Shown piece after piece: positions 17,747-28,290 of a stretch of DNA of 64,000 nt. The stretch is from [Archangium] primigenium (lineage in GTDB: Bacteria > Myxococcota > Myxococcia > Myxococcales > Myxococcaceae): positions 7,241,224 to 7,305,223 of the forward strand of contig NZ_JADWYI010000001.1 in NCBI RefSeq assembly GCF_016904885.1. The letters run 5' to 3'. Below the pieces are notes generated by a model. It had not been told where the DNA came from and ran no database searches. It was given only the letters and a program-made list of their open reading frames with translations. The position numbers and the translations under genes are program-made. Position 1 is the first letter of the stretch. Every line of letters begins with the position of its first letter.

Positions 17747-18640
17747 TCACGCCGCGCTCACACCGATGTTCCCCTCGGGGAACTCCTCGAGGAAGCGCGC
17801 GCGGGCACGCGGGGTGAAGATGCCGCGCGCCATGTACGCGAGCAGCCGCCGCAGCACGCCGCGCGTCTGGTCCACGGCGCGCTCCACGTCGTGTGCGAAA
17901 TCGAACGTGTCGTTGCGGTACAGCTCCTGGAAGCTCAGCTGCGACCAGGCGGGCAAGGCGCGCATGCGGCCCATGGGGCTGGAGAGGTAGAGCCCCGCGC
18001 GGTACAGGCCCCGCACCCACCCGTCCACCTCGGCCTTGGAGGGCGCCTGCTGGAAGGTGTCCTGCGAGGCCAGCCGCACCAGCTCGTAGATGCCGCGGCC
18101 GATGCCCTTGAGCGGCAGCCCCGCGCTCTTGGTCACCTGGAAGCGCGAGCGCAGCCGGGGGCTGCCCATCAGGTCCACGCCGTGCAGCTCCCGCAGGTAG
18201 AAGAGCGTCTGGGTCCACTCGATCTGCCGGTGGGCCACGAGCGCGTGCTCGCCCTGGCGCCGGTGGCGCAGCACCAGCCGGTCCACCTGCGGATGGAGCG
18301 CCCGGTCCAGGGACAGGTGGGTGAAGTAGCCCGCGAGCAGCGCGAGCCCGGCCTCGGTGCCCACCAGGGCGCCGGAGGCGACGAGCTCCGCCATCTTGAG
18401 GCCCAGGGCCACCGGGGCGCGCTCGTGGAAGAGCCGCGCGTAGAGGGGCCAGTCCCGTCCGGACACGCTCGCGGCGAGCCCACCGAAGAGCCCCTCGCAC
18501 AGGGGCAGGTCCGGCAGGGCGGCGCCGAAGCGCGCGTAGGCCAGGTCCTCGGACAGCGCGCGCACGAAGTCCTCGGGCAGGGGGCCCGGGTTGGCGGCGA
18601 GCCGTTCGATGGCCGTGAGGTGCAACAGCAGCGAAGGCAT
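17747..18640 (-). CDS. Hypothetical protein, possibly zinc-dependent phospholipase-C-like (N-terminal M-P-x4-H-L-x-A-I motif)
   Basis: Only the C-terminal 297 aa of the 804-aa ORF have natural composition (F, Y, W, Q, K, I). The remainder is antisense to pepA. An ATG lies at 18640. Confidence 0.5.
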   Translation of the reverse strand: MPSLLLHLTAIERLAANPGPLPEDFVRALSEDLAYARFGAALPDLPLCEGLFGGLAASVSGRDWPLYARLFHERAPVALGLKMAELVASGALVGTEAGLALLAGYFTHLSLDRALHPQVDRLVLRHRRQGEHALVAHRQIEWTQTLFYLRELHGVDLMGSPRLRSRFQVTKSAGLPLKGIGRGIYELVRLASQDTFQQAPSKAEVDGWVRGLYRAGLYLSSPMGRMRALPAWSQLSFQELYRNDTFDFAHDVERAVDQTRGVLRRLLAYMARGIFTPRARARFLEEFPEGNIGVSAA

Positions 18641-18766
18641 GGGGTGGGACCTAGTCAGCGGAAGGAGACGATGCAACGAGGGGAGTGCTCGACCGTTCTT
18701 GCCTGAAACATTCGCGGCGCTACAGTCCCACGCCCTTCTCCCCTCTACCAGGAGTCCCCCTTCCCC

Positions 18767-20386
18767 ATGAACTTCAGCTTCGTCTCCGGCGAGCTGGCCC
18801 GCGCCAGCGGTGAGCTGCTCGTGATTCCCCTCTTCGAAGGCGAGAGCGGGGACACCCCGTCCGCCGCGATCGCCGGCGTGCACACGGCCCTGGACGCGCG
18901 GCTGCTCGCCGCCGCCACGCAGGAGGGCTTCAAGGGCAAGGCCGAGCAGACCTTCGTCATGCACACGCTCGGCAAGCTCGAGGCGGAGCGGGTGCTCCTG
19001 CTCGGCCTGGGCACGCGCGCGCGCTACACGCCCGAGGTGCTCCGGCTCACCGCGGGCCGCGCCGCCAAGACGGCCCAGCGCCTCAAGGCGCGCTCGCTCG
19101 TGTTCGCCGTGCCCGGAGGCGTGGAGGGCACGGGGGCCGTGCGCGCCGTGGTGGAGGGCCTGGAGCTGGGCGTCTACCGCTTCGATCGCTACAAGTCCTC
19201 GGCGCGCGAGGAGAAGAACGCGCCGAAGCTCACCGCGGTGAAGCTGCACCTGGCGGGCGAGAAGACCGCGGCGCTCGAGCAGGCGCTCGCGCTCGCTCAG
19301 CGCGTGGCCGAGGCCACCAACTGGGCGCGTGACCTGGTCAACGAGCCGCCCAACGTGGTCAACCCCGTGCGCCTGGCCCAGGCCGCCCAGGAGATGGGCC
19401 GCGCGAGCGGGCTCAAGGTGAGCGTGAGCGGGCGCAAGGAGATCGAGAAGCTGCGCATGGGCATGTTCCTCGCGGTGGCCCAGGGCAGCGCCAACGAGCC
19501 GCAGCTCATCCACGTGGTCTACACGCCCAAGAACGCCAAGCAGGCGAAGCTGCCCCCCGTGGCGCTCGTGGGCAAGGCCATCACCTTCGACTCGGGCGGC
19601 CTGTCGCTCAAGCCGACCGACTCCATGGTGGACATGAAGACGGACATGGCGGGCTCGGCCGCGGTGCTCGGCGCCATGAAGGTCATCGCCGCCCTCAAGC
19701 CGCCCTTCCCGGTGCACGCCTTCATCGGCGCGTGCGAGAACATGCCCTCGGGCACGTCCTACCGCCCGAGCGACGTCATCGTGTCGCGCCTGGGCAAGAC
19801 GGTGGAGGTGACGAACACGGACGCCGAGGGCCGCCTGGTGCTCGGCGACGTCATCACCTGGGCCAACGAGCAGAAGCCCGCGGTGCTCATCGACCTGGCC
19901 ACGCTCACCGGTGCGTGTGTCGTCGCCCTGGGCAACTACATCGTGGGCGCCTTCGGCGACCATGACGCCACGGTGAACGAGGTGCTGGAGTCCGCGCGCG
20001 CCGCCGGCGAGGAGATGTGGCGCCTGCCGGTGACCGAACTGCAGAAGGACGCGCTGCGCTCGGAGATCGCCGACATGAAGAACTCGGGCGAGCGCTGGGC
20101 GGGCGCCACCAACGCCGCGCTCTTCCTCAAGGAGTTCGTGGGCGAGACGCCCTGGGTGCACCTGGACATCGCCGGCCCGTCCATCAGCCCCAAGGAGCGC
20201 GGCTACAACGGCAAGGGCCCCACGGGCGTGGGCGTGCGCACGCTGGTGGAGTTCGTGCAGCGCCGCGGCGCCCAGGCCGGCACGGACACGGCTCCCGAGG
20301 CCCCCGTGCCCGCTCCTGCGCCCGCCGAGACGCCCAAGGCCGCCAAGGCGCCCAAGGCCTCGCGCGGCACGCGGGCCAAGGGCTAG
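18767..20386 (+). CDS. pepA: Leucyl aminopeptidase (M17 family)
   Basis: NTDAEGRLVL, the GKAITFDSGGLSLKP motif, and the conserved C-terminal catalytic domain are present. Confidence 0.9.
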   Translation: MNFSFVSGELARASGELLVIPLFEGESGDTPSAAIAGVHTALDARLLAAATQEGFKGKAEQTFVMHTLGKLEAERVLLLGLGTRARYTPEVLRLTAGRAAKTAQRLKARSLVFAVPGGVEGTGAVRAVVEGLELGVYRFDRYKSSAREEKNAPKLTAVKLHLAGEKTAALEQALALAQRVAEATNWARDLVNEPPNVVNPVRLAQAAQEMGRASGLKVSVSGRKEIEKLRMGMFLAVAQGSANEPQLIHVVYTPKNAKQAKLPPVALVGKAITFDSGGLSLKPTDSMVDMKTDMAGSAAVLGAMKVIAALKPPFPVHAFIGACENMPSGTSYRPSDVIVSRLGKTVEVTNTDAEGRLVLGDVITWANEQKPAVLIDLATLTGACVVALGNYIVGAFGDHDATVNEVLESARAAGEEMWRLPVTELQKDALRSEIADMKNSGERWAGATNAALFLKEFVGETPWVHLDIAGPSISPKERGYNGKGPTGVGVRTLVEFVQRRGAQAGTDTAPEAPVPAPAPAETPKAAKAPKASRGTRAKG

Positions 20387-20411
20387 GCGCCCAGGGGTCC
20401 TCCTCCGGGCG

Positions 20412-21017
20412 TCAGATCTGCCCGGGGGTGGCCACCGGCAGCGGGTGGACGCTCTGGAAGAGGGCCTCCACCGTCTCGGGCACGTCGGCCGGCGCGGCCG
20501 AGGGCCAGGTGGCGAGCATCATGAAGACGTGGCCCGCGCTGCCATCGCGCACCACCACGCGCCCGCGCACGTTCTCGCCCACGGTGAAGTGGAACCCCAC
20601 GGCGCTGTCGGACAGGGGCTCGGGCTCGGGATCGCTGGTGGTGAAGCCCGGCTGGCTGCGCAGGCCCATCGTCAGCCGCTCGGCGAACTGCACGGGCGAG
20701 GCCACCGCGGGCGCCACCTGCAGCACCATCTGCGCGCCGCTGGTGCGGTGGCGCAGCACCACGGGAATGGCGAGCCCCTCGGGCGTCTGCTCATCCGTCT
20801 CGTCGAGCAGCCAGTCACCGCCCGGCTGCGTCAGCTCGAAGCCCAGCGTCTCATCCACGTAGCGTTGGGAAGCGGACGCGCCCGGCCCCTGGGTCGCGAG
20901 GCCAGAGCCGCCCGTGCCCGGGTTGGACGGCTCCCGCACCGCCTGCTTCGCTCCGCTACACGCCGTGCAGAGCGCCACCAGGCCCCACCCCAACAACCGC
21001 CTTGCGTCCATGAGCAT
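20412..21017 (-). CDS. Lipoprotein, function unknown
   Basis: The lipobox signal MLMDARRLLGWGLVALCTAC is present, and a GGGGAG RBS sits upstream of ATG 21017. Confidence 0.6.
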   Translation of the reverse strand: MLMDARRLLGWGLVALCTACSGAKQAVREPSNPGTGGSGLATQGPGASASQRYVDETLGFELTQPGGDWLLDETDEQTPEGLAIPVVLRHRTSGAQMVLQVAPAVASPVQFAERLTMGLRSQPGFTTSDPEPEPLSDSAVGFHFTVGENVRGRVVVRDGSAGHVFMMLATWPSAAPADVPETVEALFQSVHPLPVATPGQI

Positions 21018-21105
21018 CTCCCCGGGCCGGATGGCCCCGTGGAGACAAACTGGGAATGAACGCAAGCCCCGGCCAGGGCGGCGGCGGGCGGGCGGGCCCC
21101 AAGTA

Positions 21106-21831
21106 TCAGGCGGAGGACACTTCCGCGGCGATGGCGCGCGCGGCGTCCTCGGGCTGGGCGGCGGTGTGGATGGGGCGGCCCACCACGAGCAGATCCGCGC
21201 CGGCGCGCACCGCGTAGGCCGGTGTCTCGGCGCGCGTCTGGTCGCCCTGGGAGGCACCCGCCGGACGGATGCCCGGGGTGCACAGGAAGGGCGAGGGGCC
21301 GAACTCGCGGCGGAAGGCTGCGGCCTCCCGGGGCGAGCACACCAGCCCGTCCACGCCCGCGCGCAGGGCCAGCCGCGCCAGGCGCAGGGCGGCCTCCTCG
21401 GGCGCGCCCGTCAGCCCCACGTCGGCCACGTCCTCGGCGGACATCGAGGTGAGGACCGTCACCGCGAGGATGCGCGGCGGTGCGTGCCCCTGGGCGTGGG
21501 CCCCCGCGCGCGCGCCCTTCACCGCGGCGCGCAGCATGGGCTCGCCACCCGCGGCGTGCACGGTGAGCAGGGACACCCCCAGCGCCCCGGCCCGCGCGGC
21601 GGCGAGCTCCACGGTGTTGGGGATGTCGTGCAGCTTGAGGTCCAGGAAGATGCGCGCGCCGAGCCGCTGGAAGGCGGCCACGGCGGGAGGGCCATGCTCC
21701 ACGAAGAGCGACAGGCCCACCTTCGCGTAGCCGACGTCGGGCGCCACGCGCGCGTACAGCCGCAGCCCGTCCTCCAGGGGCAGGTCCGCGGCGAGCGCCA
21801 GGCGCTCCCGGGCGGGGGAAGCCTCCGTCAT
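21106..21831 (-). CDS. pyrF: Orotidine 5'-phosphate decarboxylase
   Basis: [13 protein letters not shown] plus conserved PyrF blocks are present. The ATG at 21831 overlaps the stop of the upstream DUF4388 gene (ATGA). Confidence 0.9.
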   Translation of the reverse strand: MTEASPARERLALAADLPLEDGLRLYARVAPDVGYAKVGLSLFVEHGPPAVAAFQRLGARIFLDLKLHDIPNTVELAAARAGALGVSLLTVHAAGGEPMLRAAVKGARAGAHAQGHAPPRILAVTVLTSMSAEDVADVGLTGAPEEAALRLARLALRAGVDGLVCSPREAAAFRREFGPSPFLCTPGIRPAGASQGDQTRAETPAYAVRAGADLLVVGRPIHTAAQPEDAARAIAAEVSSA

Positions 21832-23108
21832 GACAGGCCCTCCTGAAGGTCGCGGTAGGCGCGGGACAGCCGCTCGGCCATCTCGCCCGGCAGCACGTTG
21901 CGCGCGGAGAACAGCGCGTAGGACACGAACGCGTCCAGCGCCTCGAGCGTCATGGCGCGCGCGAGCGCCTCGCCGCCGCTGGAGACGTTCTGGCGGATGC
22001 GCGCCACGTCCAGCCGGCCGTCGTCGCCGAGCTTCACGCCCTCGTAGGCCGTCTCCAGTCCCGGCTGGGGGGACTCGAGGAAGCCCTGGAGCAGGACCGG
22101 GTTGGCGCCCGCCAGGCGGATGGCCGTGTGGATCTGCGCCAGGAGCGCGTTGAAGCGATCCTCCGGTCCCAGCGGCGCGACCACCGGCGGGGGCACCACG
22201 GCGAAGGAGCCCGAGGGCCGGCGCGGCACGAGGGGCACGGGCGCCACGGCGGGCACCGCGGACTTGGGCTGGACGACGAGCGAGCCATCGCGCAGGCGCT
22301 CGTCCACCCAGGTGAGGAAGGAGAAGAGGCTTCCCTCCCAGAAGGAGCGCAGCACGCCCAGCGCGCTGCCCGCCGCGGCCTGGGCGAACAGGGCCTCCTC
22401 GCCGGGCGGGGGCGGCTCGGCGCCGGCCACCACCGTCAAGTCGTCCGGAAAGCGCCGGCGCAGACGCGCCACGGCCTCGCCGCGCTTGAGCCCCTGGAGG
22501 ATGAGGTCGCGTGTGCGCTCCTGGATCTTCACCGCGTCGCCCGCCGGGGGGGCGCACTCGACGAAGAGGAAGCTGCCCTCGGACATCTCGAAGAGGTTGA
22601 GCATCACCTCGCGCACCAGGTACGTCATGGCGCTGTAGAGGTTGGCCTCGGACAGGAAGCCCTCGCGCGTGAGCACCGCGCCGATGCGCAACGAGGGCGT
22701 CACCTTGCCGAGCGCGTGGTGCAGCTGCTCGGGCGTCACCAGGCCGAGCTGCACCACCACCGAGCCCAGCCGCTCGTGGTGCACGCTGGACACGGCGAAG
22801 GTGGGCTGGCCGTCGCGGAAGGTCACGGTGCGCTGCACCGGGCCGTGCTGCATCACGAGCTGGCCACTGCGGATGCCCGAGTGCACGTGGCCGAGGACTT
22901 CCTCGACCGAAATGGAGCGCAGACTTCCCGCGAAGAAGCCGCCCACGCTGGTGGGCTCGCGCAACAGCACCACTCCCTCGGGCGAATGGAAATGCGCCAC
23001 GAGGGGTTGGCCGGGGGTGAGACTGGCGGTGAGCGGGCGCTCCAACTCGAGCACGCCCGGCTCCCCATCCCGTCCCAGACGAAGCGTCGCCTTGGGGCGC
23101 ACCGCCAC
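21828..23108 (-). CDS. DUF4388 domain-containing protein
   Basis: [20 protein letters not shown] is the DUF4388 signature, which is common in myxobacteria. The protein is 426 aa. Confidence 0.75.
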   Translation of the reverse strand: MAVRPKATLRLGRDGEPGVLELERPLTASLTPGQPLVAHFHSPEGVVLLREPTSVGGFFAGSLRSISVEEVLGHVHSGIRSGQLVMQHGPVQRTVTFRDGQPTFAVSSVHHERLGSVVVQLGLVTPEQLHHALGKVTPSLRIGAVLTREGFLSEANLYSAMTYLVREVMLNLFEMSEGSFLFVECAPPAGDAVKIQERTRDLILQGLKRGEAVARLRRRFPDDLTVVAGAEPPPPGEEALFAQAAAGSALGVLRSFWEGSLFSFLTWVDERLRDGSLVVQPKSAVPAVAPVPLVPRRPSGSFAVVPPPVVAPLGPEDRFNALLAQIHTAIRLAGANPVLLQGFLESPQPGLETAYEGVKLGDDGRLDVARIRQNVSSGGEALARAMTLEALDAFVSYALFSARNVLPGEMAERLSRAYRDLQEGLS

Positions 23109-23125
23109 GTGAGCGACCGCCTTCC

Positions 23126-24208
23126 CTACTTCTTGGCCAGCTCGGCGTCGATGACGCTCTTGAACTCGTCGAAGGGCTGCGCGCCCGACAGGAGGATGCC
23201 GTTGATGAAGAAGGCCGGCGTGCCGTTGACGCCCACCTTCTGGCCATCCGCCATGTCGGCCTTCACCTGCTCGGCCTTGGCGCCGTCATCCAGGCACTTG
23301 TCGAACTTCGCCTGATCCAGGCCCAGCGTCTTGGCGTGGCCCTTGAGCTGGGGCACCTGCAGCGCGGACTGATTGGCGAAGAGCGTGTCGTGGTACTCCC
23401 AGAACTTGCCCTGGTCCCCCGCGCACAGCGCGGCCTCGGACGCCTTGGGGGCCTCCTTGTGGAACTCCAGGGGGAACTGGCGGAAGACCAGCTTGATCTT
23501 GTCCGGGTAGGCCTTCATGACCTCGTCCACCGTCTTGATGGCGCGGCTGCAGAAGGGGCACTGGAAGTCGCTGAACTCCACGATGGTGACGGGCGCGCTG
23601 TCCGGGCCCTTGGCGGGACCGGTGGCGGCCACCTGCTTGCGCTCCACCGGCGGGCGGGGCGGCTCGGGCAGGGTGATCTGCACGTTCGCGTTCTTCTTCA
23701 GCTCACCGAAGTACTCCCGCGCCCGCTCCTGCTTCTTGGAGCCGGACAGGAAGTCGACGATCTGCGGCTTGACCTGCTCGTAGGTGGTGCCCGGGGGCAG
23801 CCGCTCCTTGGCCTCCTCGTACAGCTTCTTGATCTCCTCCTCGGGCGGCTGGGGGATCTTGTCGTCCACCTCGGCCTTGACCAGGGCCTCCTCGGTGAGC
23901 TGGCGCTTGTCGGCCTCGGCCTTCACGAGCTTCTCCACCACGAAGCCGTCCAGACCCTGCTTGCGCGTCTGGTACTTCTGCTTCTCCAGGTTGGCGAGCG
24001 GATCCTTCAGGCGATCGTTGAGCTCGCCGAAGGTGATCTTCTGGCCGTCACCGAAGGTGGCCACCACCGTGTCGGCGGAGGGCTCCGTCGAGGAGGTGGG
24101 CGAAGACGCGGTGGCGGCGGCCGCCGGGGTCTTCTCCTTGTTGCAGCCGGAGACGAGGGAAGCCGCGAGAACCGCGGCCAGGAACGTGGAAGAGGTGCGC
24201 ATGGGCAT
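23126..24208 (-). CDS. DsbA-family thiol:disulfide oxidoreductase lipoprotein
   Basis: The lipobox is LVSGC. There is a Lys/Glu-rich linker, then a thioredoxin-fold CPFC active site ([12 protein letters not shown]). Confidence 0.85.
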   Translation of the reverse strand: MPMRTSSTFLAAVLAASLVSGCNKEKTPAAAATASSPTSSTEPSADTVVATFGDGQKITFGELNDRLKDPLANLEKQKYQTRKQGLDGFVVEKLVKAEADKRQLTEEALVKAEVDDKIPQPPEEEIKKLYEEAKERLPPGTTYEQVKPQIVDFLSGSKKQERAREYFGELKKNANVQITLPEPPRPPVERKQVAATGPAKGPDSAPVTIVEFSDFQCPFCSRAIKTVDEVMKAYPDKIKLVFRQFPLEFHKEAPKASEAALCAGDQGKFWEYHDTLFANQSALQVPQLKGHAKTLGLDQAKFDKCLDDGAKAEQVKADMADGQKVGVNGTPAFFINGILLSGAQPFDEFKSVIDAELAKK

Positions 24209-24268
24209 GGGTTGGGGTCCTTAGTCGAGAAAACCCCGGACTCGCAAAGAAATTTCTTGGACGCGAAC

Positions 24269-25198
24269 TCAGGCCACCAGCGGCTCGAGACCGAGCTCCG
24301 GCAGGCGCAGCTCCAACACGTCCACGTGCTTGCGCAGGGGGACGATCTCGTAGGCGCTCGGGTCGGCCAGTACCGCCTTGACGAGCTTCTGGTTGAGCGC
24401 GTGGCCCGTCTTGAAGGCCTTGAGGTGGCCCACCACGGGGCGGCCGAACAGGGAGATGTCCCCGATGGCGTCCAGGATCTTGTGGCGCACGAACTCGTCG
24501 GCGAAGCGCAGGCCGTCCGGGTTGAGGATGGAGAAGTCGTCCACCACGATGGCGTTGTCCAGCGAGCCGCCCCGCGCCAGGCCCATCTTCTGCATCATCT
24601 CCACGTCCCGGCGGAAGCAGAACGTGCGCGCGCGGGAGATCTCCCGGGCGAAGCACCGGTCGGAGAACTCCAGTTCGAAGGACTGCTCGGTGATGAGCGG
24701 GTGCTTGAAGTCCACCGTGCACGAGATGCGAAAGCCCTTGGCGGGCGACAGGCTCGCCTCCTTGTCCCCGTCCGCCACCGTCACCGTCTTCTTCATCACC
24801 AGGACACGGCGCGGCTCCTCCTGCTCGCGCAGGCCCGCCTCGGCGATGAGCGTGGCGAAGGGCGCGGCGCTGCCGTCCATGATGGGCACCTCGGGCCCGT
24901 CCAGCTCCACGCGCACGTTGTCCAGCCCCATGCCGGCCAGCGCCGACATCAGGTGCTCCACCGTGCTCACCTTCACCCCGTCACGGCCCAGCGTGGTGGC
25001 CAGCGACGTGTCCACCACGTACTCCGACAGCGCCGGCAGCACCACGGGCCGGGGCGTGTCCGTGCGCACGAAGGCGATGCCGTGGTTGGCCGGCGCCGGC
25101 AGGAGGGACAGGTTCACCGGGGCACCCGAGTGGAGACCCACCCCCTGGCAGTGGACGGGCTGAAGGAGCGTGCGCTGGTTGAAGGAACTGGAAGGCAT
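24269..25198 (-). CDS. lpxC: UDP-3-O-acyl-N-acetylglucosamine deacetylase
   Basis: QRTLLQPV...GVGLHSG...HLMSALAGMGLDN...GHALN are conserved LpxC blocks. The start is at MPSSSF (ATG 25198). The ORF track shows a spurious extension to 25333. Confidence 0.9.
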   Translation of the reverse strand: MPSSSFNQRTLLQPVHCQGVGLHSGAPVNLSLLPAPANHGIAFVRTDTPRPVVLPALSEYVVDTSLATTLGRDGVKVSTVEHLMSALAGMGLDNVRVELDGPEVPIMDGSAAPFATLIAEAGLREQEEPRRVLVMKKTVTVADGDKEASLSPAKGFRISCTVDFKHPLITEQSFELEFSDRCFAREISRARTFCFRRDVEMMQKMGLARGGSLDNAIVVDDFSILNPDGLRFADEFVRHKILDAIGDISLFGRPVVGHLKAFKTGHALNQKLVKAVLADPSAYEIVPLRKHVDVLELRLPELGLEPLVA

Positions 25199-25606
25199 GG
25201 TTGGATGTCGCCTCTTCGATGCGGGTGCTGCTCTGTTCACTGCCCATCTGACGCGCCGCGCATCGTTGCAAGTCGTACGCCATGGATCCCGTCTCCTCCC
25301 CCGGAGACCCCCGGCGGCGCCTCGCGGCGACAAGGGGTTGGAATCATTGGACGTGTCCGCTTGCCCTCCAGGCGCACCGCGACTTCCGGTGCCCTGCTCC
25401 CCCTCGATCCGCTGTGCAGAAGTTCCAACACCGTGACATGCGTGTCAGGACTTTTTCCCCATGCCCGCCCGGCCCGGCGCGTCATGGGGGCCCCCGCATA
25501 GCCCAAGCGGCTGCCCGGAATCAAACGATGGGCGCACGCACCCGAGGCATCCGGGGCGCTTGCGGTGCCCACCATCGGACACCCCGAGGACTTCACGGGG
25601 TGTGAC

Positions 25607-27097
25607 TCACTGCGCCGTGGAGAGGAACCGGTCGCGCAGGGCCTCGGCCTCGATCCGGTCGAAATGAAAGCCCTGGAGCTGGGCGCGCCGGCTCACCGCG
25701 GCGAAGGTGTGCTCCAGCGTCTGGGAGAAGCCCTTGAGGTCCGCGATGAGGCGGGTGCGCACCGCGGGGCCCTCGGGCGGCCAGGGCAGCTCGGTGAGCA
25801 GCGCCGAGAAGCGATCGAAGGCCTCGTAGTCCACGTAGCGCAAGAGCTGGTAGCTGCCGTCCTGGAAGTAGCCCAGGAAGGCCACGATGCTGGAGATGGC
25901 CGACTCGGAGGCCGGCACGTCGTCGTTGCGCAGGTGCCCTTCCGCCGCGCGGCACAGCTGGGAGAAGACCCACAGGTCCTTGCGCAGGCGGCTCGCGCAC
26001 TCGGTGGTGGACACGAGTTGCTCGAACGGGGCCTCGCCCACCATGGAGCCCGGGGAGAGCGCCTCGGTGAGCGCCACCACCTGGTTGCGCAGGAGCTGGG
26101 TGAAGGCATAGGAGGCCCGGGCGGCGGCGGCCCGGTCCCGGTCCAGCTCCACGAGGATCTCCCGGGCGACGCGCTCCGTCTCGCGGGCGATGTCCCGGGC
26201 GGCGCGCAGACACGCCGCCTGCAGGGGCTTGGGGCCGGCGCGCGGCGCCAGCTCGTTCTTCAAGTAGCCCGCGAGGCTGAGCGACTCGCTGCGCACGAGC
26301 GCCAGCAGCACGCGCACCCGCCGGGGAATGGGGCCCTGGGTATCCTGGCTCACGTAGGCCAGGCAGTGCAGCAGCCGGAACAGGCCCAGGTACACCGTGG
26401 TGAACAGCGGCCGGGTCTCCGCGGGCACCGTGGCCAGCAGCGCCAGGAGCCGCGCCGAGCGCACCCGGTCGTACTCCAGCCGGAACTCCGTGAGGCGGCA
26501 GGGCCGGAAGTAGCGGTTGAGGACGATCTCGCGCAGGACCAGGTTGCCCACGTCGGTGAAGAGGCTCAGGCCACAGACGGGCAGCTGCAACAGGTGGTCG
26601 ATGAGGTTGCGCAGCGACTCGAAGGACTGGCGCAGGACGAAGAGGCTCTCCTGGGGCGTCTCCTGCTGCCGCTCGCCCTCGATGCGCGAGCGCAGGCCCC
26701 GGTCGTCCGCGAGCTGCGTCTCCACGTAGCGGCGAAACTGCAGCTTCTGGTCCGAGTCCGGGTCCAACAGGTGGCGCGCCAGGCGGATGCTCTGGCTGAG
26801 CGTGGCGCGGATGTCCTTGAGCTCCTCGCGGAAGTCGCGCGTGACGAGCGGCTGCTCGTGCGACTCGGCCGTGACGCCGTTGTCCTGCTGGTGGACGTAG
26901 CGCTCCATGCCCCGCAGGAGCATCTCGAACTCGAAGAGCAGCTCCTCGCGGGCGTCCACCGACAGGGCCCGCAGCCAGCGCTCGCGCTCGGAGAGGAAGC
27001 CGGCCTGGCTGCCTTGCGAGGCACGCACCAGGGCCTCGTAGAAGTCACGCGGGACGCGCGAGGCACGGGGGGAGGATGCAGCGGGCGCGGAACTCAC
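25607..27097 (-). CDS. Conserved hypothetical protein (496 aa), translationally coupled downstream of ruvB
   Basis: A GTG start overlaps the ruvB stop (GTGA). Composition is natural and diverse. The antisense ORF is G/A/R-rich and was rejected. Confidence 0.7.
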   Translation of the reverse strand: MSSAPAASSPRASRVPRDFYEALVRASQGSQAGFLSERERWLRALSVDAREELLFEFEMLLRGMERYVHQQDNGVTAESHEQPLVTRDFREELKDIRATLSQSIRLARHLLDPDSDQKLQFRRYVETQLADDRGLRSRIEGERQQETPQESLFVLRQSFESLRNLIDHLLQLPVCGLSLFTDVGNLVLREIVLNRYFRPCRLTEFRLEYDRVRSARLLALLATVPAETRPLFTTVYLGLFRLLHCLAYVSQDTQGPIPRRVRVLLALVRSESLSLAGYLKNELAPRAGPKPLQAACLRAARDIARETERVAREILVELDRDRAAAARASYAFTQLLRNQVVALTEALSPGSMVGEAPFEQLVSTTECASRLRKDLWVFSQLCRAAEGHLRNDDVPASESAISSIVAFLGYFQDGSYQLLRYVDYEAFDRFSALLTELPWPPEGPAVRTRLIADLKGFSQTLEHTFAAVSRRAQLQGFHFDRIEAEALRDRFLSTAQ

Positions 27098-28149
27098 CAG
27101 AGGGACCCCTGCGCCGATTCGGGCGCCTTCTTGTTGAAGTAGGTGTACGCGCGATGCGTGGCCGTGCGGCCGCGCGGCGTGCGCTGGAGGAAGCCTTCTT
27201 GCAGCAGATAGGGCTCGTACACGTCCTCGATGGTATCGCGCTGCTCGCCCACGCTCGCGGCGATCGTCTCCACGCCCACCGGGCCCCCCCCGAACTTCTC
27301 CAGGATGGCCAGGAGGATCTTCCGGTCCATGGCGTCCAGGCCCGAGGCATCCACGCCCAGCCGGGTGAGCGCCTGGGCGGACAGCTCCCGGGTGATGGTG
27401 CCATCCCCCTCCACCTGGGCGAAGTCACGCAGGCGGCGCAGGAGCCGGTTGGCGATACGGGGCGTGCCGCGCGAGCGGGTGGAGATCTCCCGCGCGCCTT
27501 CCTTGTCCAGCTTCACGCCGAGGATGCGCGCCGAGCGGTTGAGGATCATCTCCAGGTGCTTGGGCTCGTAGTACTCGAGCCGCTCCTGGATCTGGAAGCG
27601 GTCGCGCAGGGGCGAGGTGAGCAGGCCCGTGCGCGTGGTGGCGCCGATGAGGGTGAAGGGCGGCAGATCGATCTTCATCGCCCGGGCGGCGGGGCCCGTG
27701 TCGATGGTGATGTCCAGCCGGAAGTCCTCCATCGCCGGATAAAGGTACTCCTCGATGGCGGCGTTGAGCCGGTGCACCTCGTCGATGAAGAGGATGTCGC
27801 GCTCGTTGAGGTTGGTGAGCAGCCCGGCCAGGTCCCCCTTGCGCTCGAGCGCGGGACCGCTCGTCACGTGGATGCCCACGCCGAGCTCCGTCGCCATGAG
27901 GTAGGCGAGCGACGTCTTGCCCAGACCCGGGGGCCCGGAGAAGAGGCAGTGGTCGAGCGCCTCCCCGCGGCTGCGCGCCGCCTGGACGTACACCCGCAGC
28001 TTGTCCACCACGGCGCTCTGCCCCACGTACTCGTCGAAGGAGCGTGGGCGGAGCGAGGCCTCGACCCGGCCCTCGTCGTTGAGCGCCTCTCCCGAGAGCG
28101 CGTCGTCCGTCTTCCGCTTCGCCATGTGCCGTGAATCCTCTTTCCCCAC
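27094..28149 (-). CDS. ruvB: Holliday junction branch migration DNA helicase RuvB
   Basis: It has Walker A ([11 protein letters not shown]), DEVHRL, and conserved RuvB N-terminal and C-terminal domains. Confidence 0.95.
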   Translation of the reverse strand: MGKEDSRHMAKRKTDDALSGEALNDEGRVEASLRPRSFDEYVGQSAVVDKLRVYVQAARSRGEALDHCLFSGPPGLGKTSLAYLMATELGVGIHVTSGPALERKGDLAGLLTNLNERDILFIDEVHRLNAAIEEYLYPAMEDFRLDITIDTGPAARAMKIDLPPFTLIGATTRTGLLTSPLRDRFQIQERLEYYEPKHLEMILNRSARILGVKLDKEGAREISTRSRGTPRIANRLLRRLRDFAQVEGDGTITRELSAQALTRLGVDASGLDAMDRKILLAILEKFGGGPVGVETIAASVGEQRDTIEDVYEPYLLQEGFLQRTPRGRTATHRAYTYFNKKAPESAQGSLW

Positions 28150-28290
28150 CCTACCAGAACAACCCCGCCGTCGCGGTCTCTCTCACATAGCCGGGAGGCG
28201 CCCTCGCCGCCGCCCCGACGCGGCCCCGGGAAAACCCCGTCTACCAGTGAACCCGGCGGCGCGAGGGCCCTCGCGGGGCCTCCCGAGGCC

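Noticed and set aside
18641-20161. N-terminal ~500 aa of the 804-aa minus ORF 17747-20161
   Set aside because: It is antisense to pepA and compositionally skewed. Only the C-terminal 297 aa (17747-18640) look like a real protein.
20387-20411. Possible bidirectional terminator hairpin between the convergent pepA and lipoprotein genes (GCGCCCAGGGGtcctcctCCGGGCG)
   Set aside because: The stem is short and bulged and there is no U-tract. It is too weak to call a terminator.
21832-23247. Upstream extension of the pyrF frame (713-aa ORF)
   Set aside because: It overlaps the DUF4388 gene in another frame and is Arg/Gly/Pro-rich. PyrF homology starts at [11 protein letters not shown] (ATG 21831).
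25199-25606. 408-nt intergenic region upstream of lpxC, inspected for tRNA/ncRNA
   Set aside because: No cloverleaf-compatible segments or recognisable ncRNA motifs could be identified by eye. A covariance-model scan (Infernal or tRNAscan-SE) would be needed.
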